Positions 18,063 to 26,530 of a stretch of DNA of 64,000 nucleotides are shown here, in pieces. This DNA is from Pyrinomonadaceae bacterium (GTDB taxonomy: Bacteria; Acidobacteriota; Blastocatellia; Pyrinomonadales; Pyrinomonadaceae). Position 1 is the first letter of the stretch; each line of letters opens with the position of its first letter. Below the pieces are notes generated by a model, which worked only from the letters and a program-made list of their open reading frames with translations, did not search any database and was not told the DNA's origin. Location of the stretch: assembly GCA_036006625.1 (NCBI GenBank), contig DASYPN010000260.1, positions 295 to 64,294 of the forward strand. The letters are read 5' to 3'. A program made the translations under genes and the position numbers.

Positions 18063-19622
18063 TCAGTCGCAGCCCGCCTGAGTTGTTGCCAGTCCTCGCC
18101 AGCGGTGACCGTTGCCTCGCGGCAGATCGTCGGCTTCGGATGGGCCGTCAGTGCCGGAGACGTAGATTGGCAGTTCCTTTACCTTCTGATTTGCCCAGGC
18201 CTCTTCAATCGGCGTGATCAAACGCCATTGCGCTTCGACTTCATCACTGCGGATGAACAACGTCGCATCTCCGCGCATCACGTCGAGCAACAACATCTCG
18301 TAAGCGTCCGGTGACTCCACACCAAATACAGTCTGGTAACAGAAATCCATGTGTACCGTCGCGGTGCGCATCTCGAAGCCGGGTTGCTTGGCGCCAAACG
18401 TAACTATGATTCCTTCGTTCGGTTGAATCCGTAACACGATCACGTTCGGCTCGATCTCGTCGGTCGGCGTGCGTGCGAACAACGCTTGCGGCGTGCGTTT
18501 CAAGTGCACTGCGATTTCAGTCAGGTGGCGTGCGAGATTTTTTCCGGTCCGCACATAAAACGGCACACCCGACCAGCGCCAGTTCGAAATCATGAATTCA
18601 ACCGCCGCGTACGTCTCAGTTATTGAACCACCAGCGACACCTTCTTCTTCCTTGTAGCCTTTAACTTTCTCTCCGTCGATCTCCCCTGGCCCGTACTGCG
18701 CGCGCACCGTACGTTCAGCGACCTGCTCCGGTTGCATGCGACGAATCGAGCGCAACACCTGCACCTTCTCTTCGCGAACTGCATCAGCTTCGAAGGCGAC
18801 CGGCGGCTCCATTGCGGTGAGCGTGAGTAGTTGCAAGAGATGATTCGCGACCATGTCGCGCAACGCACCGGCTTCTTCGTAGTAACCGGCGCGACTGCCG
18901 ACGCCGCCCTGCTCCGCCGCAGTGATCTCAACGTATTCGACGTAGTTGCGATTCCAGATCGGTTCAAACATCGAGTTCCCGAAGCGAAACACGAGAATGT
19001 TTTGAACTGTGTCTTTGCCGAGGTAGTGATCGATGCGGTAGACCTGATTCTCTTTAAAGACTTCACTAACAGTGACATTCAGCGCCTTCGCTGATTCGAG
19101 ATCACGGCCGAAAGGTTTCTCTATGACGATGCGGCTCCAGTGCTCGTCTTCCCTGGCGAGTCCGGCTTCGCCGAGACGTTTCACGATAGTGCCGAACAGT
19201 GATGGTGGTGTTGCGAGATAGAAGAGTCGATTCTTGCTCGCGCCTTCAGAAGCGAGTTCTGCCAGACGATCGGAAACGCTGCGATAAGTGTTCGCGTCGT
19301 CGAGCTCGCCGGCCATGTAATGAAGACGCTCTGAAAGCTTCTGCCACTGTTGTTCATCGAGATGCTCGATCTTCTTTGAGTCTTCGAGCGCTTCGTGCAC
19401 GAGTGTTTGGAACTCTTCCTCGGACATGGCGCTGCGGCCGATGCCGAGAATACGCACGCTGTCTAAACATCCCATCTGCAAGAGACGACACAGCGCGGGC
19501 ATGAGCTTTCGTTTGGTCAGATCGCCCGTGGCGCCAAAGATCACGACCACACACGGCTCCGCATGCGGGAGTGTTGGTTGCTCAAACTGAACTGGATTTG
19601 GTTCTACAACTATTGCTGACAT
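18063..19622 (-). CDS. zwf: Glucose-6-phosphate 1-dehydrogenase
   Basis: NADP-binding motif VIFGATGDLTKRKL, active-site motif RIDHYLGKD, 519 aa. Confidence 0.95.
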   Translation of the reverse strand: MSAIVVEPNPVQFEQPTLPHAEPCVVVIFGATGDLTKRKLMPALCRLLQMGCLDSVRILGIGRSAMSEEEFQTLVHEALEDSKKIEHLDEQQWQKLSERLHYMAGELDDANTYRSVSDRLAELASEGASKNRLFYLATPPSLFGTIVKRLGEAGLAREDEHWSRIVIEKPFGRDLESAKALNVTVSEVFKENQVYRIDHYLGKDTVQNILVFRFGNSMFEPIWNRNYVEYVEITAAEQGGVGSRAGYYEEAGALRDMVANHLLQLLTLTAMEPPVAFEADAVREEKVQVLRSIRRMQPEQVAERTVRAQYGPGEIDGEKVKGYKEEEGVAGGSITETYAAVEFMISNWRWSGVPFYVRTGKNLARHLTEIAVHLKRTPQALFARTPTDEIEPNVIVLRIQPNEGIIVTFGAKQPGFEMRTATVHMDFCYQTVFGVESPDAYEMLLLDVMRGDATLFIRSDEVEAQWRLITPIEEAWANQKVKELPIYVSGTDGPSEADDLPRGNGHRWRGLATTQAGCD

Positions 19623-19626
19623 CTCT

Positions 19627-19661
19627 TATCCTGTTAATCCTGCTTAATCTTGTAAATCCTG
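19627..19661. repeat. Phased CAGGATT array (4 units) filling the gnd-zwf spacer
   Basis: On the plus strand: TATCCTG at 19627-33, AATCCTG at 19636-42, AATCTTG at 19646-52 and AATCCTG at 19655-61 (spacing 9, 10 and 9 nt). The array ends 4 nt from the zwf ATG. Confidence 0.65.
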
Positions 19662-19668
19662 TGAAACC

Positions 19669-20679
19669 TTACTTTCGTTCCACGTGCCCGCCAAATTGTA
19701 ATCGCATCGCGGACAAAATCTTATTCGCGAAGTCGGCCTCGCCGCGTGAACTAAACCGCTGAAACAGCGCGGCGCTCAACACCGGCACCGGCACGCCTTC
19801 TTCAACCGCTGCATTGATCGTCCACCGACCCTCACCCGAATCGGAAACACGTCCCGAAAAATTTTCCAGCTGCGGCGATTCCGCTAATGCAATCGCGGTC
19901 AGGTCGAGCAACCACGAAGCGATGACGCTGCCGCGTCGCCATACCTCGGTAATGTCGGCGAGGTTGAAGTCGTATTGATAGTGATCGGGATAACGCAGTG
20001 GTGTTGTCTCAGCATCCGCTGCTCGTTCGGCCTTTCCTTCATTCGCATGATGCAACACGTTCAGACCCTCAGCGTACGCGGCCATCAATCCATACTCGAT
20101 GCCATTGTGGACCATCTTCACGAAGTGGCCGGCGCCCGATTGGCCGCAGTGCAAGTAACCTTCCGCTGCCGTGCCTGCGTCTGCGGCGCGTCCAGGTGTA
20201 GGCGAAACTGACTCGCTTCCCGGGGCGAGAGTTTTGAAGATCGGATCGAGATAGGTAACGATGTCCTTCTCACCGCCAATCATCTGGCAGTAACCACGAT
20301 CGAGTCCCCAAACCCCGCCGCTCGTTCCGACGTCGACGTAGTGAATGCGTTTAGTCTTGAGTTCGCGCGCGCGACGAATGTCGTCGATGTAATAAGAGTT
20401 TCCACCATCGATGACGATGTCGCCGGCGGATAACACATTCATGAGATCGTTCAGGATCGTATCTACAAGTGCGGCCGGTATCATCAACCAAATGGTTCGC
20501 GGCGCTTTCAGTTTTGCGATAAAGCCGTCGAGCGATGTGGCTCCTGTTGCGCCTTCGGCGAGAAGCGCTTCAACAGCTTCCGGGCTGCGATCATTGACGA
20601 CGCATTCGTGCCCGCCGCGCAAAAGGCGTCGCACCATGTTGGCGCCCATGCGGCCGAGTCCAATCATTCCGATTTGCAT
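19669..20679 (-). CDS. gnd: 6-phosphogluconate dehydrogenase, decarboxylating (short Gnd/YqeC type)
   Basis: The ORF track starts at 20745. I prefer ATG 20679 (AAGGAGC upstream), giving [19 protein letters not shown]. Also present: [14 protein letters not shown] and [16 protein letters not shown]. Confidence 0.9.
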   Translation of the reverse strand: MQIGMIGLGRMGANMVRRLLRGGHECVVNDRSPEAVEALLAEGATGATSLDGFIAKLKAPRTIWLMIPAALVDTILNDLMNVLSAGDIVIDGGNSYYIDDIRRARELKTKRIHYVDVGTSGGVWGLDRGYCQMIGGEKDIVTYLDPIFKTLAPGSESVSPTPGRAADAGTAAEGYLHCGQSGAGHFVKMVHNGIEYGLMAAYAEGLNVLHHANEGKAERAADAETTPLRYPDHYQYDFNLADITEVWRRGSVIASWLLDLTAIALAESPQLENFSGRVSDSGEGRWTINAAVEEGVPVPVLSAALFQRFSSRGEADFANKILSAMRLQFGGHVERK

Positions 20680-20750
20680 TAAAAAGCTCCTTGCTATGTG
20701 TCCGTGTTTACCTGAAGATAACAGAAACCAGAACGTTAGGAGCAATCCAG

Positions 20751-21539
20751 ATGAAGTGTTTGCACCTGCTTGTCATTTTGCTGGCACTCGTAGTTCCCGT
20801 TATGGCGCAGAAATCGGGCGCATTTCCGTCTGGTCGCGTTGTCGATCTCACGTACGCGTTTGATGCGAACAGCGTCTACTGGCCGACGGCGGAACAATTC
20901 AAGCTCGAGACTGATTTCGAAGGAATGACGGACAAGGGTTATTTCTATTCGGCTTATCGCTATTCAGCGGCTGAGCACGGCGGGACGCATCTCGACTCGC
21001 CGGTGCATTTTGCGAAGGGACGGCTCAGCGTCGATCAACTTCCATTGCAGCAACTCATGGGCGCAGCGATAGTGGTTGACGTGACTGCGCAGTGCGGGAG
21101 AAATGTTGATTATCTTGTCAGCGTTGCTGATTTTCAGAGTTGGGAGCGACGCAACGGAAGGATTCAGCCGGGCACGATCGTTTTGTTGAAGACCGGGTTT
21201 GGGAAGTATTACCCGGATCGTAAGAGCTATCTCGGAACGGATGAGCGAGGCGCTGCGGCAGTTGCGAAACTGCACTTTCCGGGACTCGATCCGGCGGCAG
21301 CTCGATGGCTTACGGAGAATCGATCGATCAAGGCGATTGGGTTAGACACGGCGAGTATCGACCGCGGGCAGTCGACGCTGTTTGAGAGTCATCGCGTTTT
21401 GTTTGAGCACAATATTCCCGCGTTCGAGAATGTCGCGAATCTCGATCAGTTGCCGGCGAAAGGGTTCTCAGTGATCGCGCTGCCGATGAAGATCAAGGGC
21501 GGCAGCGGCGGACCGCTGCGAATCATTGCGCTACTCTAA
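20751..21539 (+). CDS. Cyclase-family protein (kynurenine-formamidase-like), secreted
   Basis: The preferred ATG at 20751 (AGGAGC upstream) yields the signal peptide [19 protein letters not shown]. The [12 protein letters not shown] motif is typical of the putative cyclase family. Confidence 0.8.
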   Translation: MKCLHLLVILLALVVPVMAQKSGAFPSGRVVDLTYAFDANSVYWPTAEQFKLETDFEGMTDKGYFYSAYRYSAAEHGGTHLDSPVHFAKGRLSVDQLPLQQLMGAAIVVDVTAQCGRNVDYLVSVADFQSWERRNGRIQPGTIVLLKTGFGKYYPDRKSYLGTDERGAAAVAKLHFPGLDPAAARWLTENRSIKAIGLDTASIDRGQSTLFESHRVLFEHNIPAFENVANLDQLPAKGFSVIALPMKIKGGSGGPLRIIALL

Positions 21540-21542
21540 GTC

Positions 21543-21630
21543 GGACGCCTCCTTGGAGTGCGCCAACTTGTTGGCGCTTTGGTATTTTTACCAAAGCGGT
21601 ACCAAGGTACCGCACTCCACGGAGGCGTCC
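21543..21630. repeat. Family J nested-palindrome REP (20-bp outer stem enclosing three small perfect palindromes)
   Basis: Outer stem GGACGCCTCCTTGGAGTGCG ... CGCACTCCACGGAGGCGTCC. Inner palindromes GCCAACTTGTTGGC, GCTTTGGTATTTTTACCAAAGC and GGTACCAAGGTACC. Confidence 0.7.
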
Positions 21631-21636
21631 AGTTGA

Positions 21637-22356
21637 ATGATTCAAATTTTTCCAAATTCTGAAGATCTGGCGCGTGCGGCGGCGGAGCATTTTGTCGCGC
21701 GGTGTCGCGAGGCCGTCGAGCGGCGCGGATCGTTTACCGTGGCGCTGTCCGGTGGCTCGACACCAAAACTTCTCTTCGAGCTTCTCGCCGATTCAAACGA
21801 ACCGTTTCGCGATCAAATCCCCTGGCCCAACATTCACTTCTTCTGGTCCGATGAGCGACACGTTCCTCCGGATCACGCGGACAGCAACTACCGCATGGCA
21901 AACGAAGCGATGCTCTCACGCGTCCCGGTCGCACAGAACAACATTCATCGTGTGCCGAGTGAGAATCCAAACGCCGCGGAAGCCGCCCGCCAGTACGAGC
22001 AAACACTGATCGACACAACACACCAATCTCTGCCCCAACTAGACCTGATCCTGCTCGGTCTCGGTCCCGATGGTCACACGGCGTCGATCTTTCCCGGCTC
22101 TGAAGTCCTGCATGAAACGAAGCGACTCGTAGCCGCGCCGTGGGTCGAAAAATTTCAGACGTATCGCATCACCATGACGCTGCCGTTGCTGAACAACGGC
22201 GCCTCAGTCATCTTCCTGGTTAGCGGTGCGGAAAAAGCGACGATCGTGAAGGAAGTTCTTGAAGGACCGCCAAAATATCCGGCGCAGGCCATTAAGCCAA
22301 CACATGGCGAGTTGTTATGGATGCTGGATAAAGACGCCGCGAGTGAGATTAAGTAA
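21637..22356 (+). CDS. pgl: 6-phosphogluconolactonase
   Basis: ALSGGSTPK, FFWSDERHVPPDH and LLGLGPDGHTASIFPG. 239 aa. Confidence 0.9.
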   Translation: MIQIFPNSEDLARAAAEHFVARCREAVERRGSFTVALSGGSTPKLLFELLADSNEPFRDQIPWPNIHFFWSDERHVPPDHADSNYRMANEAMLSRVPVAQNNIHRVPSENPNAAEAARQYEQTLIDTTHQSLPQLDLILLGLGPDGHTASIFPGSEVLHETKRLVAAPWVEKFQTYRITMTLPLLNNGASVIFLVSGAEKATIVKEVLEGPPKYPAQAIKPTHGELLWMLDKDAASEIK

Positions 22357-24130
22357 CGATCGCAAGCGACTCAACAGACAACGGCACAGTCGCCGACACG
22401 TTTCCAGATGTCACGCGTCGCTGCTCGATCAGCAACTCTTCAAACGCCGCCGCATGCAACGCCTTGCTGAACAGAAATCCCTGCACGACATCACACTCGA
22501 GCGCGCTCAGGTACTGAAGCTGTTCCTTTGTCTCCACACCCTCGGCGATCACAGTGAGATCGAGCGCATGGCCAAGGTTGATGATGGCGCGCACAATCGC
22601 GGTGTCGTGCGGATCCTTACAAACATCCGAAACAAACGTCTTGTCGATCTTCAACGTGTCGATCGGAAATCGTTTCAGATAGTTGAGCGATGAATAACCC
22701 GTTCCGAAGTCATCAATCGCGACTTTGATCCCCATCAACTTCAACTCGTGCAGCTTCTCAATCGCCACCTCTGGTTCCTTCATAATCGAGCTCTCCGTTA
22801 GCTCCAGCTCAAGCCAACGCGGATCCAGATTCGTCTCCTTCAAAATGTGCGCAACGTCATCCATAAAAGTGGCCTGTTGAAATTGACGCGCCGAGAAATT
22901 CACTGACAAGCGCAACGGTGTCAATCCCGCATCCTGCCACGCTTTGTTTTGCGCGCACGCAGTGCGCATTACCCAATCGCCGAGCGCGATGATCAAGCCA
23001 CTTTCTTCCGCCAGCGGCACAAATTCACTCGGATACAACAAACCCAGACTCGGATGTTGCCAGCGCACGAGTGCTTCCATCCCGACAAGATGAAAACCGC
23101 GAATATCAACCTGCGGCTGGTACTGAACAAAAAACTCCGCTCGCTCGAGGCCGGGTCGCAGATTGTTTTCGAGCACGAGTTGTTTCAGAGCGCGCGTAGT
23201 TCCACCCGCTGTGTAGAACTGATAGACATTGCCACCGAGACTCTTCGCCCGATCGAGCGCGGCGCCGGCATTCTTCAACAGTCCACCCGTGTCGCGACCA
23301 TCGTGCGGATAGAGACTGATGCCGATACTACTCGACACGAAGATTTCCTGATCTTCAAAGAGGAAAGCCTGGTCCAGTGCACTCTTGATCGCGCTCGCTA
23401 CGTTCGCCGCATCCTGAGCACGCGGAATCTGCGTCAACAAGACTGCGAATTCATCGCCGCCGAAACGCGCGACGGTATCGCTTTCACGAACACAACTGCT
23501 GAGACGCTGCGCCACCGACTGTAAAAGACGATCGCCCGCGGTGTAGCCGAGCGAGTCGTTGATCGTCTTGAAGCGATCGAGATTGAGCAGCAGCACGGCC
23601 TGCATCTGATCGCTGCGACGCGAGAGTGCGATCGCCTGTTTGAGTCGGTCTTTGAACAGGACCTGATTGGGAAGATCGGTTAATGCGTCGTGATATGCGA
23701 GGTGGTTCAGTTTTTCCTGAGCCTGCCGGTTCTGAGAAAGGTCAACGACAAAGCAGGCTATCTCGTCTTCATGAAGGGCGGCGCCAAACAGGACCGGAAT
23801 CTGAGTGCCGTCCTGCTTCAGAAATTCTTTTTCGAAAGGCGCGCAGGCGCCGAAGGCCATCAGCTTCTCGAATGCTTCGTCGTCGAGCCGGTGATGTTCG
23901 GGCGGCGTCAGATCGTGAATGCTGCGCGGCAAGTTTTTGGAAGTGTAACCAAGCAGATTCAGGAAACTCTCGTCGGCTTCGAGAATATTTCCAGACAGAT
24001 CGGTGAATAAGACGGCGACAAGGTTGGTCGCGACCAAATGCCGCAGGGCTGCATCAACTCTGGTTTCCATAAAACGGTGATTTCGCTTGAAATTGGAGAG
24101 GTGAGACTTGGGCAAGCGGTTGGCCGTCAA
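22349..24130 (-). CDS. PAS-GGDEF-EAL signalling protein (diguanylate cyclase/phosphodiesterase)
   Basis: RFGGDEFAVLL (GGDEF), MEALVRW and DDFGTGYSSLNYL (EAL). The start is uncertain (M1 or M21). It overlaps the pgl 3' end convergently by 8 nt. Confidence 0.9.
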   Translation of the reverse strand: MTANRLPKSHLSNFKRNHRFMETRVDAALRHLVATNLVAVLFTDLSGNILEADESFLNLLGYTSKNLPRSIHDLTPPEHHRLDDEAFEKLMAFGACAPFEKEFLKQDGTQIPVLFGAALHEDEIACFVVDLSQNRQAQEKLNHLAYHDALTDLPNQVLFKDRLKQAIALSRRSDQMQAVLLLNLDRFKTINDSLGYTAGDRLLQSVAQRLSSCVRESDTVARFGGDEFAVLLTQIPRAQDAANVASAIKSALDQAFLFEDQEIFVSSSIGISLYPHDGRDTGGLLKNAGAALDRAKSLGGNVYQFYTAGGTTRALKQLVLENNLRPGLERAEFFVQYQPQVDIRGFHLVGMEALVRWQHPSLGLLYPSEFVPLAEESGLIIALGDWVMRTACAQNKAWQDAGLTPLRLSVNFSARQFQQATFMDDVAHILKETNLDPRWLELELTESSIMKEPEVAIEKLHELKLMGIKVAIDDFGTGYSSLNYLKRFPIDTLKIDKTFVSDVCKDPHDTAIVRAIINLGHALDLTVIAEGVETKEQLQYLSALECDVVQGFLFSKALHAAAFEELLIEQRRVTSGNVSATVPLSVESLAIVT

Positions 24131-24178
24131 CCGCTCGACTAGGCTACCAGAGTTAGGAGGATAATTTCAACGGAATTA

Positions 24179-26512
24179 TTAGGGGACAGAGCTGGTCGTC
24201 GTGGACGCAGGGCCGGCAGGCATTCTCTCGTTGAGATACCGCGTGAGCATTCCGAACAAGTGTTTCTGTGTGCCGGGTCCTTCATAGATCCCGTGTGACC
24301 GATTTGGATACGCAAACATCGAAAACTGCTTGTTCGCAGCGACGAGAGCGTTGATTAACGCCTCGGTTCCCTGGTAGTGGACGTTGTCGTCGCCGGTTCC
24401 ATGAACGACGAGGAGATTGCCTTTCAACTGTCCAGCGAAGGTAATCGGCGAGCTCTGCTTCCACTCTTCGGGATGATCCTGGGGCAGCCCACAATACCGT
24501 TCCTGATAAATCGTGTCGTAGTAATGAAGATCCGGCACTGGCGCGACCGACATGCCGGTCGCATAAACATCCGGGTAACGAAACATCGCATTTAGTGTCG
24601 ACGAACCACCGCCGCTCCAACCCCAGATTCCGATGCGAGCCGGATCGACGAAAGGCCACTTCGCAACCGCACGAGCTGCAGCAGCCTGATCACCGGAGTT
24701 CACGATTCCCATCTTCCGATAAATGATCTTGCGCCACGCACGACCACGCGGCGCGGGCGTGCCTCGATTGTCGACACTCATTACGATGTAACCCTGCTGC
24801 GCCAGCATCTGGTGCCACAGCCGATTTCGACCACCCCAACTGTCCATCACCGTCTGTCCCCAGGGCTCACCATAAACGTAGAAGAGCACTGGATAACGCT
24901 TCTGCGGATCGAAGTTGTGCGGCTTCATCATCCAGCCATCGAGCTGAACGCCGTCACCAATATCGACTTTGAAAAACTCCGACGGAGTTTGTTTCAACTG
25001 CGCGAGGCGATCCTGCGTCTGTTTGTTGTCGATGAGTGTTCGAGCAACTGCGTATTGCGGCAGGCGCACGATCTCAGTCAGCGGAACTTTGTTAAAGGTC
25101 GAATAGAAATGAATCGCAAAGTCGCCGCGTGGCGAGATGTTGTAGCCATGCACGCCCGGGACATTCGCGGGCGTGAGTCTTTCTTCCTTGCCAGTCCCGT
25201 CGATGCGAACACGATAGAGATAACGTTGTGTTGCGTTGTCAGGAGAGGCGAGGAAGTAAACAAATCCGTTCTGCGTATCCACACGCTCGACGCTGATGAC
25301 ATCGTAATTGCCCGGCGTGATGTTTTTTACATCGCTGCCATCGCGCGACACGGAATAGATGTGACGCCAGCCATCTCGCTCGCTCGCCCAAAGGAAACGT
25401 TTGCCGCCATCGATCCATTCGACGTCGCCGCGCGCAAGTCCCGTTTTATCCCAATCGATGTCGCCCCATGCTGTGTCGACCCACGCTTCGTCTTTTTCAG
25501 TCAGAACCGGATGAGACTTGCCACTCGCTGCGTCAGCAATGAACACGATGTTTGTGTCTTGACGGCGATTGAGTTGCTGAATCACGACTTCGTTGGAGCT
25601 CGCGGCCCACTCCATCCGCGGCAGATAGTTGTTTCGCGCATCACCCGGAATGTCGATCCATCTGGTTGGACCACCATTCGCGTCTACGACGCCGACACGG
25701 GCGGCGGAGTTTGTCTCACCGGCTTTCGGATACGGGAAGGTTGTTGTAACTGGATAGAGCGCTGACGTGTTGTTGATCAGAGTCATCTCCTTCACGCCTT
25801 CGGAGTTGAGCTGCCAGTACGCGATCTGTTTACTGTCAGGACTCCAGCGGAAACCGTCACGACAGAAGAGCTCTTCTTCGTAAACCCAATCGAATGTACC
25901 GTTGACAATGTACTTCGAGCCGTCGCTAGTGAGCTTTGTGATCTTCGAATCGCCCGAAAGATTCTCGACGTAGACGTTGTTTTCACGAACATAACCGACG
26001 CGTTGTCCGTCAGGCGAGAACTTAGCGAACATCAGACTCGATGGCTTCGCTTCGGCGCCGCCGAGTTTCTTCAACGTATTCGTTTTCAGATCGAGCACCC
26101 AGTAATCGCCGCGCGTGTTGCTGCGCCAGACGCGTGCAGTCTCTGTGAAGATCAGCATCTTCTGCTCGTCGCCACTCATCGAAAACTCTTCGACGCTGAG
26201 CGGATCCGTGGCGCCGGACGGAGTGAGTTTTTCTGCTGACACTTTGATCGTGCGATCGCCTGTTGCGACGTCGTAACGAACGATGTCGAGGAAGTTCTTT
26301 TTGGTTGGTGACGGTTCGAGGGCGAGATAGCCGCTGCCATCGTTCTGCCACTGAACCGGACCAAGCGATCTGGTGCGGTAAGTAAAAAGCGAATCAACCG
26401 TGAGCAGTGACGGATCGGATTGTTGTTGCGCGAAAACGGGGAGGATTAAGAGAAGAAATATTGGAAGTAGTTGAATTCGTCGTCTCATTTGTTGTGTCCA
26501 TCCTGAAAACAT
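24179..26512 (-). CDS. Dipeptidyl-peptidase IV-type S9B serine peptidase
   Basis: Signal peptide; long DPPIV-N-like propeller; nucleophile region GIWGWSGGGSSTL; VVHGTGDDNVH near the C-terminus. Confidence 0.9.
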   Translation of the reverse strand: MFSGWTQQMRRRIQLLPIFLLLILPVFAQQQSDPSLLTVDSLFTYRTRSLGPVQWQNDGSGYLALEPSPTKKNFLDIVRYDVATGDRTIKVSAEKLTPSGATDPLSVEEFSMSGDEQKMLIFTETARVWRSNTRGDYWVLDLKTNTLKKLGGAEAKPSSLMFAKFSPDGQRVGYVRENNVYVENLSGDSKITKLTSDGSKYIVNGTFDWVYEEELFCRDGFRWSPDSKQIAYWQLNSEGVKEMTLINNTSALYPVTTTFPYPKAGETNSAARVGVVDANGGPTRWIDIPGDARNNYLPRMEWAASSNEVVIQQLNRRQDTNIVFIADAASGKSHPVLTEKDEAWVDTAWGDIDWDKTGLARGDVEWIDGGKRFLWASERDGWRHIYSVSRDGSDVKNITPGNYDVISVERVDTQNGFVYFLASPDNATQRYLYRVRIDGTGKEERLTPANVPGVHGYNISPRGDFAIHFYSTFNKVPLTEIVRLPQYAVARTLIDNKQTQDRLAQLKQTPSEFFKVDIGDGVQLDGWMMKPHNFDPQKRYPVLFYVYGEPWGQTVMDSWGGRNRLWHQMLAQQGYIVMSVDNRGTPAPRGRAWRKIIYRKMGIVNSGDQAAAARAVAKWPFVDPARIGIWGWSGGGSSTLNAMFRYPDVYATGMSVAPVPDLHYYDTIYQERYCGLPQDHPEEWKQSSPITFAGQLKGNLLVVHGTGDDNVHYQGTEALINALVAANKQFSMFAYPNRSHGIYEGPGTQKHLFGMLTRYLNERMPAGPASTTTSSVP

Positions 26513-26525
26513 CTTGTTAATCCTG
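26499..26525. repeat. Phased CAGGATT-type units overlapping the DPP-IV start codon
   Basis: On the plus strand: CATCCTG at 26499-505, CATCTTG at 26510-16 (this contains the start codon) and AATCCTG at 26519-25. Confidence 0.5.
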
Positions 26526-26530
26526 TCAAA

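Noticed and set aside
21543-21630. tRNA-like cloverleaf.
   Set aside because: All the arms are perfect DNA palindromes with 2-6-nt loops. There is no anticodon loop geometry, T-loop (GTTCRANYC) or D-loop consensus, and no acceptor or CCA context.
24812-25765. 317-aa plus-strand ORF.
   Set aside because: It is antisense to the DPP-IV peptidase, whose catalytic and propeller motifs are clear on the minus strand.
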